Origin: Lama glama
Taxonomy: Eukaryota
Assembly (NCBI GenBank): GCA_028534125.1
Contig: CM052817.1
Location: 108,502,001-108,566,000, forward strand
Direction: 5' to 3'
DNA length: 64,000 nucleotides
The stretch's first letter is position 1; each line of letters begins with the position of its first letter. The position numbers and the translations under genes were made by a program. This document shows positions 12,491-24,668 of this stretch, in pieces. The notes below the pieces were generated by a model, which saw nothing but the letters and a program-made list of their open reading frames with translations, was not told the origin of the DNA and ran no database searches.

Positions 12491-13544
12491 GACGCTGTGT
12501 CTTTTGGAATATGGGTTTATGTGTTGCATGATTTTTCCTTTTTTGAGAATGATACACATCATTTTAAAAGGAATGACTCACCATCGTTGGTCATTCTCAT
12601 GACATTGAATGGAATTCGGAAAAAGAATCTCTGCTTTTATATTTCGTTTCAAAAGACAGCTTGAAAAAATGGCTTTGAGTTTTCTTGGAAACGACTTCTT
12701 TGTTTATTTACAAATTAATTGCTTTCCCCACCACTTCCCTTTAGTGCTGGTAATTAAAAGTATTTAGAAATAATTAGTAACCACATCCAGTCCTGATTTC
12801 TTAAGTCTATTCATTGAATAAATTGAATAGCACGGTTATTTTCTCTTTATTGTTCTTGAGCTGGTTTTCTTAGCTGTTTTTTGGAAGGCTCACAGAGCAT
12901 CCATAGATTTGAAATATTCTTCATTTGGGTCTAACTGGTGTATCGCTAGGTCTCGCTGTTTTAAATAGTTTCCTATAATTGTAGCAGAACGTGAGATGCA
13001 AACATAATGAATTAATAATTATATTTCATTATGAATACATGTTAATTTTTCTCATACATTTTAATTTTATATGAAGAAGAAATTAATTACTCTGTAATTC
13101 TTTTGGCCAAAATAATTACTTCAAAAAACAACAGAGTGAACATATTTTGGGATATTTTAAACAAAGGTTTGACAGTGCCAGAACAGGTAACAATGGCTTG
13201 GAATTTCATGTCTAATGTAAAATATTGCTACAATCCTTAAGTCACTCTCGGGGCTTTTATCTGTAAAAAGCTAGGAAATTCAAAGCTTAATTTGACACTT
13301 CATCAATAACAAACGCCTCTCTTGTGAACTGACTTTGCCATGATTAAGAAAAATAAAATGGATAGGGCTCACTATGGGAGACACTACTTAGAGTCAGAAT
13401 ACATTTAATGTCCTTTTCTTTTTCCTTCAGAGCTGTTGTTGAATCAGTGATGCATCTTAAAGTCAATGACATTTTAGGCACATTAATTACATATAAAGAG
13501 TAACCCTTTCAAAGTTGAAGTATATTAAAGTAAATCCTACATAT

Positions 13545-13665
13545 TTGATGTAGAAAAGACCTTAAGGTGTCCAATAGCTGCCTAGTTCACAATCATTTAT
13601 TTTACTGCTAAGGCAGCTGAGGTTCAGAGAAATTAAAAACTGATGGAAAGTCAAATAGCTAATAC
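13545..13665 (-). mobile_element. MIR-family SINE fragment
   Basis: TTTATTTTACTGCTAAGGCAGCTGAGGTTCAGAGAAATTAA is a degenerate reverse MIR core. Confidence 0.55.
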
Positions 13666-13827
13666 ATTCATGAGTCGAGTAAGAGACCAGTAAAGATGCT
13701 GGTAATCCAGCGCGTTGGAAAGGGCTTGGGGGAACTCTCATTTCAGTGCTGGTGGAAGAGAAAGCAGCGATACCATTTCTTACACACCAGCTTCTATTAA
13801 TGTGCTGGGACTACAGCTGTGGCCTGA

Positions 13828-14021
13828 TGGTGCAGACAAACATGGTAGCCACCAGCCACAGCGGGGTATGTAAGTTTAAAGCAAAGTAAACTTAAATGAA
13901 AACAGAAGTTCACTTCCTCACTTGCTGTGGTCACTTTGAAGTCGGCAGCCACATATGGCTAGTGTATTAGACAGTAAAGATGTCCCTAGCATCCTAGGAA
14001 GTGCTAATGGATGGAATGCTT
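13828..14021 (-). mobile_element. MER3-like hAT-Charlie MITE
   Basis: ATGGTAGCCACCAGCCACA, AT-rich spacer, CAGCCACATATGGCTAGTG...TATTAGACAG; matches MER3 organisation. Confidence 0.75.
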
Positions 14022-14088
14022 CATTGGTACCCTTAGGCAGTCACCTTTAAAGCTGAAGAGCCACCTAAGACATGTTCTTATTATGACT

Positions 14089-14516
14089 TAATGCCATTTA
14101 CAGCAACATGGATGGACCTAGAGATGATCATACTAAGTGAAGTAAACCAGACAGAGAAAGACAAATGTTACATGATGTCGCTCATATGTGGAATCTAAAG
14201 AATAAGATGCAAATTTTATTTACAAACCAGAAATAGACTCTTGGTCATAGAAAACAAACTGTGGTTACCAAGGGGGAAAGGTTGGGAGGGATAAATTAGG
14301 AGTTTGGGATTAACAGGTACACATTACTGCATATAAAATAGATAAACAACAAAGACCTATTGTAGAGCACAGGGAATTATATTCAACATCTTATAATAAC
14401 CTCTAATGGAAAAGAAGCTGAAAGAATATATATATGTGTATATATGTGTATGACAATCGCCATGTTTTACACTAGAAACTAACATTGTAAATCTACTGCA
14501 CGTCAATGAAAAATAA
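14089..14516 (+). mobile_element. LINE-1 3' end (end of ORF2 and 3'UTR)
   Basis: AATGCCATTTACAGCAACATGGATGGACCTAGAG, GGAATCTAAAG, GGGATAAATTAGGAGTTTGGGATT, AGCACAGGGAATTATATTCAA and an A-rich end. Confidence 0.9.
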
Positions 14517-14821
14517 GTGATGTACTGATCATCTGCATCCTCTTGTATCCTAACCCTCCCCCGCCTGGTGAGCTTTCCCCCATGTGGTACCTGCACTTGT
14601 CTTCTAGGTTTCATCTTCTGTGTCACTGTTGTCGCCACCTGCCTACCTGCCGGTCCGTTTGAAGTTGTCCCTCAGTGGCCTTACTCCTTTCAAAGCTCTT
14701 CTCAGTCTGGAATGTCTTTAACTCGGAAATATTTTGTGATCATCTGTGATGTGCCAGGCCTTGTTCCCGGCCCTGGGAATGGAGAGCTGAGGCTCAGAGG
14801 TGGAGTCCCTGATAGAGCTGA

Positions 14822-15740
14822 TACATGGCCAACAGGCACATGAAAAAATGCTCTGTGTTGCTAATTATCAGAGAAATGCTAATCAAAACTACAACGAGGT
14901 ATCATGTCACATTGGTCAGAATGGCCATCATTCAAAAGTCTACAAACGATAAATGCTGGGGAGGCTGTGGAGAAAAGGGAACCCTCCTACACTGTGGGTG
15001 GGAATGTAGTTTAGTGCCGCCATTATGGAAAACAGGAGGGAGATTCCTCAAAAAACTAGAGTTACCATATGATCCAGCAATCCCACTCCTGGGCATTTAT
15101 CTGGAGGGAACTCTAATTTAAAAAGACACAGGCACCCCATTGTTCACAGCAGCACTATTTACAATAGCCAAGACATGGAAACAACCTAAATGTCCATCGA
15201 CAGATGACTGGGTAAACAATAGGTGGTATATTTATACAATGGAATACTATTCAGCCATAAAGAAGAATAAAATAATGCCATTTGCAGCAAGATGGTTGGA
15301 CCTGGAGATCGTCATTTTAAATGAAGTAAGTCAGACAGAGAAAGAAAAATACCATATGGTATTGCTCACATGTGGAATCTAAAAAAAAAAAAAAGACACA
15401 AATGGACTTATTTACAAAACAAAAAAAGACTCACAGACATAGACAACAAATTTAGGTTTACCAGAGGGGAAAGTGGGGGAAGGATAAATTAGAGGAGTTT
15501 GGGATTAGCAGATACACACCACTATATACAAAATAGGTGAACAACAAGGTCCTCCTGTATAGCACAGGGAACTATATTCAATATCTTGTAATAACCTGTA
15601 ATGAAAAAGAATATGAAAAGGAATGTGTGTATGTGTATGCATGACTGGGACATTGTGCTGGACACCAGAAATTGACACATTATAACTGACTATACTTCAA
15701 TTAAAAAAATGCAAAACTACCAAATATAAAAATAAAAAAT
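14822..15740 (+). mobile_element. 5'-truncated LINE-1: disrupted ORF2 C-terminus, 3'UTR and A-rich tail
   Basis: ORFs 14825-15121 and 15140-15382 translate to L1 ORF2 ([63 protein letters not shown]), broken by an in-frame stop; 3'UTR and A tail follow. Confidence 0.96.
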
Positions 15741-16519
15741 ACCCCCTGCCCCCCCCAAAAAAACACACACAGGGTGAGAAAAAGAAGCCTTCAGAGCTTG
15801 GCAGCCCCAGTGGGTGAAGCGGAGGCAGAGGCAGGGAGCAGAGACCCTCCTGGGCTCAGCTCCCTCTGCACCCACCAGCCCCCGCCCACTGATGACGGCA
15901 GGCTCACTGCCACTCCAGCTGGAGGTCAGGGTGCGAGGTCTTACTCTCCAGCACCTATTGCTCTGAACGCCTGGGTGCAGCTTGACTCTTGGTCCCCAGT
16001 CCTTCCCTCCAGCATCCTGCCTTCGGTGGATCTGCTCACACCCGGGGGCAGCTCCCTCCGTGACCTGCATGGAGACTGGGAAGGAAGGCAGTCCGCCCAG
16101 CATGGGAAGAAAACGACTCCAACTGCTTAGGTACTTGGAAACCTCTTGGCTGCTCCTTTCACAGAGGCTGTCTTACTGGTGGTCTTGCTCCTTCCCCGGA
16201 TCCCAGTCGTGTTCTTACTGCTTGAGCGGCCCCCTCTCTACTGCGACTCGTCTTCTGTCTCCAGTGCTGTCTCCCGAAAGTTACAAACTCGTGATTTTGG
16301 TTTTGCAGAGAAATTTAACTTTCACTGTGCCACCTCTAGGCTGCAACTTACAATGGGAGGCATTACACTCCTCTGAAGAGAAGTGCCATCTACCAGGCCA
16401 TGCACTTGTAGAACCAGAAAAAAAGGAGAAAAGGGTTTCCAGTTACAATTTTCACTTAAGTTGGGCCAGAGAAAATTCTTAGGCAGACCTGTTCCCGACC
16501 CAGGGGACAAACTGCAGAG

Positions 16520-16537
16520 GTGTGTGTGTGTGTGTGT
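16520..16537. repeat. (TG)n microsatellite
   Basis: GTGTGTGTGTGTGTGTGT visible directly. Confidence 0.9.
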
Positions 16538-16699
16538 ATGAGTTTCCCTTCCTTTGAGGATTTTCCAAAGCAGAATTTATATTTTCTCAAAATACACACA
16601 CTCCCTCAGATCATTGGATTTTTCTTTTAACTGGATCAGTCTGCTGGTTTAAGCTAATTTAAAAATTATCTTGAAAACGAAGACTTTTTCTTGAGGTCG

Positions 16700-16900
16700 T
16701 GCTGGACTTTGGAGACAGTGTAGAACTGGGAGGCGGACTCCTCTGCATTCAAACCTTTGTCTGCCAGTTTTCGTTGTTTGATCTGTGGTCTCAGTGGTTT
16801 CCATCTGTGGGAATGACGGCAGTGTCCATCTCTTGGAATTGTTTAAGGCATTAAGTGAGACAGTGTCTAGGCCATACCCTGTTTCCTGTGTAATGCACCT
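16700..16900 (+). mobile_element. MIR SINE
   Basis: GGACTTTGGAG...TCTCAGTGGTTTCCATCTGTGGGAATG...TTGTTTAAGGCATTAAGTGAGA. Confidence 0.6.
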
Positions 16901-16972
16901 CTTGGATGTATTAAAAGATCAAAACCAAGAAATTGACCATAGGTTTATATGTTTTATACATATATATATATA

Positions 16973-17068
16973 TTTATTGAAATCTAGTCAGTTTGCAATG
17001 TTGTGTCAATTTCTGGTGTATAGCATTGTGTTTCAGTCAGACATGAACATACATATATTCATTTTCAT
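16973..17068 (-). mobile_element. Short LINE-1 3' tail
   Basis: TTTATTGAAATCTAGTCAGTTTGCAATGTTGTGTCAATTTCTGGTGTA is the reverse L1 terminus. Confidence 0.85.
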
Positions 17069-17531
17069 CATAATAAGAAGAGTTCTGTGTTTAGAGAGTT
17101 AAGATATTTTGAAATTCCAGTGGTTTCATATAGGTAATCCTGTCCAAACGAATACTGTCCTGGTATATTCCAGTGACTCGGGAAGTCACAGCTGATGGAA
17201 CCCTGCTCGGGCAGGTAACGTCTCTGTGCTGGTTGTCCCCGGGGGGCTGATGACACGTCCTGGGCAGCCCCCTCTCTGGCCCTCTTGTCCTCTCCTCATC
17301 CCCTCCCCCTGGGGACAAAGCCCACTTACGCAGCTGTGTGAGAGTGATTATAGTCTGATAAGTGGAACCTGGGGAGAGAGGAAGACACAGAGGAACAGAC
17401 TAGGATGCTCTCGAGGAAATGGGGCTGGGCTGTCCTTTGGGCTGTCTGGTTTCCTTCTCTGGAGTAACTCCCTCTTTCAGTCTGGAGTTTCAGAAAACTT
17501 TTAAGTAAGGTCTTTGGTCTGCTCCATTTTC

Positions 17532-17708
17532 TTTCTTTTTATTGAAGTCTAGACAGTTTACAATGTTGTGTCAGTTTCTGGTGCACAGCATCATGTTTCA
17601 GTCACACATGTGCCTACATGTATTCATTTTCATATTCTTTTTCATTACAGGTGACTACAAGATATTGAACATAGTTTCCTGTGCTGTACAGTATAAACTT
17701 GTGGTTTA
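17532..17708 (-). mobile_element. 5'-truncated LINE-1 3' end with TSD
   Basis: Reverse L1 terminus; flanked by TCTGCTCCATTTTC (17518-17531) and TCTGTTCCATTTTC (17709-17722). Confidence 0.9.
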
Positions 17709-19490
17709 TCTGTTCCATTTTCCATACCAACAAATTCTCTGCTCAGATTGAGATTATAAAGTTTGGGGTCATTTAGGAAAGTTAGGGATTACCTGTATGT
17801 AGAAACCAGGACATGTGTATCTCTGTAATGAACTGTTAGCTTCCCTTTCTAATTTATAGTGAGATCAGTGAGAAAATGTGATCTGTAAGGCCAGCCTGCT
17901 TTGAAGGATAACGCTTTGCTTCACTTTTTTCAGACACCCTGATACAAACACTTTTTGAACTGTACACTTTATATTCTTCATTCACAAGCTGATGTGTGTC
18001 AGACTGAATGCATATTTGGAAACAAGTGAGTGTCTTTATAGCCCTGAAAAGAGGGTACTTGGTAAACAGCACTGGAAGTATGCTGGTCTTTAGAAAGCAC
18101 GTGGTATAATCGCTTTGCTTTTTGTTGGTGTCTTTATTACCCTAAACCTTAACACAATACTAGAAACCATTGTAAACTATACATTCAAAGAAAGGTCTTT
18201 TTAAGAAATTTGATAATACCTTTTTTGATAACTTCATGAATTTTACCTTTCAACGATATTCAGTAAAACAAATTAGTGTAGCAACACTCAACCCTGTCTA
18301 GGGGACGGGTCCTATAGTCACAGCCTTTTAAATTCCTGTTTTCACCTTTAATTTTCCTAAATGGAATATAGGCTCTTTTTAACTCCGTATGTGTAGCAGT
18401 ATTAAAATTATTACGATTTCTTACAGTAAATTCCCCCAAAATAGTTATTCCTAAGGAGAAACAATAGTTCAACCAAATTTTAAAAGTGCCAGTAAGGCAA
18501 AAATCATGAAATGTATTCAATTATGAGTTAAAGATGATGTGGTGGAAGTGATTTATTTAGCAATGTCAAGTTTGTGAAGATGAAAACTAAATGCATTTAA
18601 GCACACATTTAAAATTTAAACAGGCTTCTTTTCTCATGAATGAAATTTAATTAGATTTGAAACAAACTTCTTCTGAATGTTGGAAGAGACAAATGATGTT
18701 AAGTGTGGATCTACTTGAGAAACTGATGAAAACAAAAAAGCATTTTTTTTACAGTTCTTGTAAAATTATTTTCTCCTATTGTGAAAGCTTGAAAGCTAAA
18801 GACTCCACATATCAGCAAAATATTCCACTGAATATAACTCATGCAAAGTAGGTGAGTTTAAGTTGGATGAGCTTAATTTGTTGAAGATTTTGCAAAATAA
18901 ACATTTTAAAGATCCTATTTTCCAACTCGGCTCAGGAGATTCTATATTTATGTATTTATTTTTTACTATTTAAGTGAAAGACCAGACTCAAGGCTTAAAT
19001 GGAAATTTTTACCTTCATGAAGTTTTTAGCATAGTTGGTGTACAGGTGCGACGGCACGAACGTGATTGAAATGCTGTTCACTGGAACCTTTGCCGTTTGC
19101 TCGTGTTTTACCCTTGGCTGGGAGAGAGAATTGGACAGTTTTCTTTCGTGTCTATAAACACCTGTAACTTAACTGATTAAGTGTCTTTTTTAGGAAAGAC
19201 AATGCTCTGAGAGCTTGGCGATCCGATATTTTAGGAAATGACAGGAGTAAATGGTAATTTTTAAAAGATAACCCCACACTTATACCCAATTAGTTAAAAA
19301 TGCATCGAGGCATACAATGGTGAATGTATGGGAACCACTGAATTAGTTGTGTGGTTGTGAGTTATAGCTCAGTAAAGCTGTTACAGAAAGTAAATTATTG
19401 ACCCACGGGATGCAGGTGGGCTGCCTCCTAGCCGAAGGATGGGGGTGGGTCAGGAACTGGGAAGCATCTGGATAGATAAACATGTGGCGG

Positions 19491-20077
19491 TGTTACCGAA
19501 CTGGTCAGGTCCTAGCCCGGCCCGAGACCCCCATCCTGGTCCGGGAGGTTCGTTTTCTGATCGGATTTGCGCAGCCAGTGACAAAGCCGATGCAACAGCA
19601 GGGGCTTTGTTCTGTGGCCAGAGAACGGAGCCCTGGGAACCTGGTTCGCAAATCAGCTTCTCAACCCAATTCTGGCAGAGACAGCCAACAGATAGAGGGT
19701 GGAGGTAAGTGGGAGGGGACCGGAACGAGAGGGAAGGACATTCACGAGTTATCTGAGAACCGGGTTGTGGTTTGGACCCTGAACTGACAGCAGCTCTCCT
19801 TTTCCAACCTTGTACAGGCTTTTCCGTTGTTGTCATGGCAACTGGCAACTGTCATGATGTGATGGGTGTGTCATTTAGCAGTTAGTGTATTACAGTGAGC
19901 GCATGAGGCTCAGGGTCCCCTGGACGTCAAATCCACCACCATCTCGGGCCTGGTTGGTTCTAACCAGGTTTGTTTTTTTCTCGTTGCAGCTTCCTCCTGA
20001 AACTTAGATCAGAGCAACTGGTTTCCGTTGGAAGGTGAGGGCGGGGCACGATCCTGGGAGCAACAGCCTCCGTAGCA
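19491..20077 (-). mobile_element. ERV1-class solo LTR, MER41-like
   Basis: Starts TGTTACC and ends GTAGCA. Internal TTGTCATGGCAACTGGCAACTGTCATGATGTGATGGGTGTGTCATTTAGCA...CACCATCTCGG resembles the reverse MER41 core. No clean TSD; ends approximate. Confidence 0.65.
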
Positions 20078-21419
20078 CTAGTTGACGCCCAGGATGTGTA
20101 AGAAGTCTTTCAGGAGCTCTCCTCTTTGAGAGAAAGGAGACACACAAGACTTGCTTTTTAAAGGCAGGCTTTTTAAACCTAGACTTTACATCTGGGTTTT
20201 TCTGCTCTGGGATCATGGGAGTCAAATTCCCAACTGGAATCCTGTGTCCAAAATGTGAGGATGGATGTGGGTTGTGTCTCAAAAGACTGTAATGATCAAA
20301 ATGAAGGGAAAATAGCTCTCAAAGTTTTTTTTAACCCCTCCAGCATTTTTAGCAGCATTCCTTTAATTTTATAGTCTATAATTAAAAATATATATATGTA
20401 GACTATCTGGCATCCTACTGACTACCTCCAATGTAGAGAAAAATGTAAATATTTATATGATATGGACCGTATACCACATGCTTTGTGAGGTTGCCCCTCC
20501 CCTTAATATTATGATTGAATCAATTTTATACATTTTTGTTGCCACTGTAAAATCTCAGTGAAGTGGACAAATGAAGCTAACTTAATTCATGGTAGCCTTT
20601 TAGAATGCTGCTGATTATCCGAATTTAGGGAGCCTTTTTGGCTTTGCCTTCCATGCTGTTTCCTCACCTACCAGAAAGACAGAAGGAAAGGCAAGAGGGG
20701 AGGAGGCAGGAGGGGGCTGCCCAGGGACGGAGGGAAGATGAGAGGGTGTTTTCTAAGGACGTTTGTCTTGAGTGCAGTAACCACTCCCTAATCATGAGAG
20801 GCTTGGATTCACAAATCTGTGAGCTTTGGGCATCTCCTTTGTACAAGGACTGAGTTCCTCAGTGGAGCTACATTCAGTGTCAGAAAACACAGGACGCCCA
20901 GCCTTGAGGAGTGTACCAGCTCGTTCCGCAGGTGGTGGCCTTGGCCCAGTGAGACACACGCAGAGTCACCTATTTGTAACTTTGGTGACTTTCTTAGGGT
21001 TTCCCTCATTCAATCTCCAGATTTCACTCCAGTTTGCTGGAAGTTAGGTGCCCTGTTCCTGTCCTGGATTCCCTTTTTCTGACCTCCAGAGAAAATCAAT
21101 TTCCAAGGTTAAAACTAAATTCACTCTCTTGTCTCCTTTGTTTTTGTCTACATGCTAACAAAATTCTCCTTAATCCCTCAAATCCGGACACTAACCCCTC
21201 TTTTTTCATATCGAAACCTTGATCCAAAACCATTTAATATCTGCCCAAGAATATAAATATTTGTTGTGTAGCTGTAACAAATTCTCCAGTCTCGTACTAT
21301 TGTATATAAGTCATAAATCTGTCTACCCACAGGAAATATAGCTTCCCCCTCCCAGTAATTAGATTATCTCCTGTATCTCCCCACCCGCTCTGTGCAGCTG
21401 TCTGGGGTAATTATACATG

Positions 21420-21540
21420 TGTTGTGCCCAAGGGTTTAATCCTGGCATCAGACAGAATTGGATTCATTTCACATCTCTGCCACTTCCTCGCCGTTCTGGG
21501 CTGAAGGTTTGTGTCCCCACCAGCGTCATCCACTGAAGTC
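21420..21540 (+). mobile_element. MIR fragment
   Basis: TGGCATCAGACAGAATTGGATTCATTTCACATCTCTGCCACTTCCT. Confidence 0.5.
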
Positions 21541-21559
21541 CTGGCCCCAGGTGTGATGG

Positions 21560-22230
21560 AGTTATTAGTGGGTGGGGAATGCTGGCGGGAACGTAAAATG
21601 CAGCCACTCTGGGAAATAGTTTGGCATTTTCTTACAAAGCTCAACATGTACTTACCATCTGATCCAGAGCTGTGCTCTTGCGCATTTATTCCAGGTAAAT
21701 GAAAGCTATGTTCTCACGCACAATCTGTATATGAAGTTTCACTGGGAACAAGCTAAGTGTCTTACAACCAGTGGATGGTCAAAAAAAAAAAATCTGGCGT
21801 GTCTGTGCAGTGAAATATTTCTCAGCAATAAAAAAGAGCAGATTATGGATAAAGTACAGCCACTGGGTGGATGGTAACATGACAGTTAATGAAAAAAAAA
21901 ACAGTTTTAGAAAGGTATGTGATGTATGGCTCCATTTATATAGAATTTTCGATGTAAACTGGAGAGCTAGAAACCAGACAGGACAGGGTGGAGGATTCCT
22001 GCGACTGGTGTGGTGTTTGGAACTCACACGCTCACACACAGGCAAGCGTGCTCGGGAGACCCAGGCAGCGCCGCGGCCTGGTTATCAGCCTAGTTTGGCT
22101 GTTGTGCTAGAATTGCTGAGGATGCCGCCGCTGAGAGGAGCCAAGTCAGTGACGGTCAAAGGGCCACCGCTTCTGCAACTTGTTGAGTCTGTAGTCTTTC
22201 CAAAATTTTTAGAATTAAAAAAGTTATAAA
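21560..22230 (+). mobile_element. Old L1M ORF2 end and 3'UTR fragments
   Basis: Degenerate ORF2 translation (KMQPLWEIVWHFLTKLNMYLPSDP) and AAATATTTCTCAGCAATAAAAAAGAG. Confidence 0.75.
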
Positions 22231-22239
22231 GTATAACAG

Positions 22240-22680
22240 TGTCAGTTGCCCAGGGTCATGGTAACAAATGACCACATACCACGAGGCTTAGAATAACGGA
22301 GGTTCCTCCTCTGACAGTTCACAAGGGCAGAGGTCTGAAATGAAGATGTCGGCAGCATTGGTCCCTCCTGGTGGCTCTGGGGAAGGTCCCTTTCCCAGTC
22401 CTCTGGTGTTCCTGGTCCTGTGGATTCACTCCTCCAGTCTCTCCTGTGTTCACGTGGCTTTCCCCTGTGTCTCCCCACGTCACGTCTCCATCAGCTTTCT
22501 CTTATAAGGACCAGTCATTGGGTTTAGGGCCCACCTTAAGTCCAAGATGGTCTTATCCCCAGACCCTCAACTGAAGAATCTGCAAGTTCTTTCTGCAAGA
22601 AGTTATTTCCATGAAAAGTCCCATTCACGAGTACAGAGATTTAAGACCTACACAGTCTTTTGGGGGAAACAAACCACCAG
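22240..22680 (-). mobile_element. MaLR solo LTR, MLT1B/C-like
   Basis: GTAACAAATGACCACA, CTCTGACAGTTC, AGGTCTGAAATGAAGATGTCGGCAG, TCTTATAAGGACCAGTCATTGGGTTTAGGGCCCACC, TTTTGGGGGAA. Confidence 0.85.
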
Positions 22681-23114
22681 AATAACCAAAAACAAAGAAA
22701 AATTACCCACAATTCCATTTTCCAGCGATAACCACTGTTTTAATATTGGAATATATCTGCATGTGGATATTTATGGAAAAATACCTATGCTTGTATAAAC
22801 GAAGTCATGTTATAGCCAAGGTTTTATATGTTTCTTTTCTCGTTTAGCTTTGTATCATGAACATCTTTTTCAGGTCAACTTGAACTGAATGAAATGTAAT
22901 TATAATTATATAGATCATTGTAAATTATACCACGTCAAATGTTTGTGCCTCTGACTCTCTTGACTCATTCTTTTCCTTGGAATTTTCTTTCATAGTCTTC
23001 ATGTTTGCAAGGCAAAGAGAATTTTGCATGTCCCAACTTGGGAGATGTTTAGATAGAGGAACTTGTGCTAGTGCTGTTTGTATAGGACTGAAATTTCACT
23101 TCATTTTAGGAATT

Positions 23115-23442
23115 TTTTCAATAGCAGCTTTATTGAGATTTAATTCATATACCTTACAGTTCAGCCATTTAAAGTGTAAAATTCAGTGATTTTTAGTATG
23201 TTCACAGAATTGTGCAACTGTCACACAGTGAACCTTAGAATACTTCTATCATGTCGGAAAGAAAGTGGTACCCTCCAGCTAGTATCTCTGTCTCCCCTCA
23301 TGTCCTCCTCCCTAAGCAGAGATTGATATACTTTCCATCTCTAGATATTTGCCTATTCTGGACATCTTGCATCAGTGGAATCATGTATATAAATATGTAT
23401 ATGTGTTTTTCTGTGATGTAATTCTTTCCCTTAGCATAATGT
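23115..23442 (-). mobile_element. Old L1 (L1MB-like) 3' end
   Basis: CAGCTTTATTGAGATTTAATTCATATACC...CATTTAAAGTGTAAAATTCAGTG...TTGCCTATTCTGGACAT. Confidence 0.85.
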
Positions 23443-24212
23443 ATTAAAGTACAGTCAGTTACAATATGTCAATTTCTGGTGTGCAGCACAATGTCCCAGT
23501 CATGCATATACATACATATATTCATTTTCTTTTTCATTAAAGGTTTTTACAAAATATTAAATATAGTTCCTTGTGCTATACAGAAGAAATTTATTTTTTA
23601 ACCTATTTTTATATATAGTGGCTAACATTTGCAAATCTCAAACTCCCAAATTTATCCCTTCCCATCCCTTTCCCCCAGTAACCATAAGATTGTTTACTGT
23701 GTCTGCGAGTCTGCTTCTGTTCTGTAGATGAGTTCATTAGTGTCCTCTTTTTTTCTTTTTTTAGGTACCACATATGAGTGATGTCATGCTATTTTTCTTT
23801 CTCCTTCTGGCTTACTTCACTTAGAATGATGATCTCTGGGTCCATCCATGTTGCTGCAAATGGCATTATTTTATGGCTGAATAGTATTCCATTGTATAAA
23901 TATACCACATATTCTTTATCCAGTCACCTGTCGATGGACATTTAGGTTGGTTTCATGTCTTGGCTGCTGTATATAATGCTGCTGTGAACATTGGGGTGCC
24001 TGTGTCTTTTCTAATTAGAGTTCCCTCCAGATATATGCCCAGGAGTGGGGTTGCTGGATCATATGGTAGCTCTATTTTTAGTTTTTTAGTGAATCTCCAC
24101 ACTGTTTTCCATAATGGCTGCACCAAACTACATTCCCACCAGCAGTGTAGGAGGGTTCCCTTTTCTCCACACCCTCTCCAGCACTTATTGTTTGTGGATT
24201 TTTAATAATGAT
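23443..24212 (-). mobile_element. Young 5'-truncated LINE-1
   Basis: Full reverse 3'UTR plus ORF2 end (CATTCCCACCAGCAGTGTAGGAGGGTTCCCTTTTCTCCACACCCTCTCCAGCA). Confidence 0.95.
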
Positions 24213-24219
24213 GGAAAGA

Positions 24220-24668
24220 ATAACTTTTTTTCAGTGGTCTTGCTCCTACAAATCCATGACCTCAGACTAATCATGAGACAAACACCAGACAAATCTCAGT
24301 CAAGAGACATTCAACAAAATGCCTGACTGGTACTCTTCAAAACTGGTAAGGTCGGCAAAAAGAAAAAAGAAATGTCTGAGAAATTGTCACAGTAAAGGGA
24401 AGCCTAACGTAAGATAATATCTAAGTATTACTGTGATCTCCTGGAGCAGAAAAGGGATGGGACTGTCAGTAAAAACTAAGGACACATGAATACATGTTTG
24501 ACATCTGTTAGTGGTAACACATGTCAGTCTTGGTTCACTGACGACAAAGCTACCACAGAGTGTTAAGATGCTGATGATGGGGAGACAACGTTTAGGGTTA
24601 AGGGGCACTCGGTACTGTCTTCACAATTTTTCTATAAATCGCAAATTTCTCTAAAATAATAAAATAAA
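24220..24668 (+). mobile_element. Old L1MC-like 3' end
   Basis: CTAATCATGAGACAAACACCAGACAAATC...GTACTCTTCAAAACTG...CAATTTTTCTATAAATC...AAAATAATAAAATAAAA. Confidence 0.75.

Noticed and set aside
14825..15382. Active L1 ORF2 / reverse transcriptase gene
   Set aside because: Only the C-terminal region is present and it has a stop codon; no endonuclease, RT domain, ORF1 or promoter. The same applies to all L1 pieces here
15750..16300. CpG island / promoter
   Set aside because: GC-rich, but CpGs are sparse relative to GpC and no promoter architecture is evident
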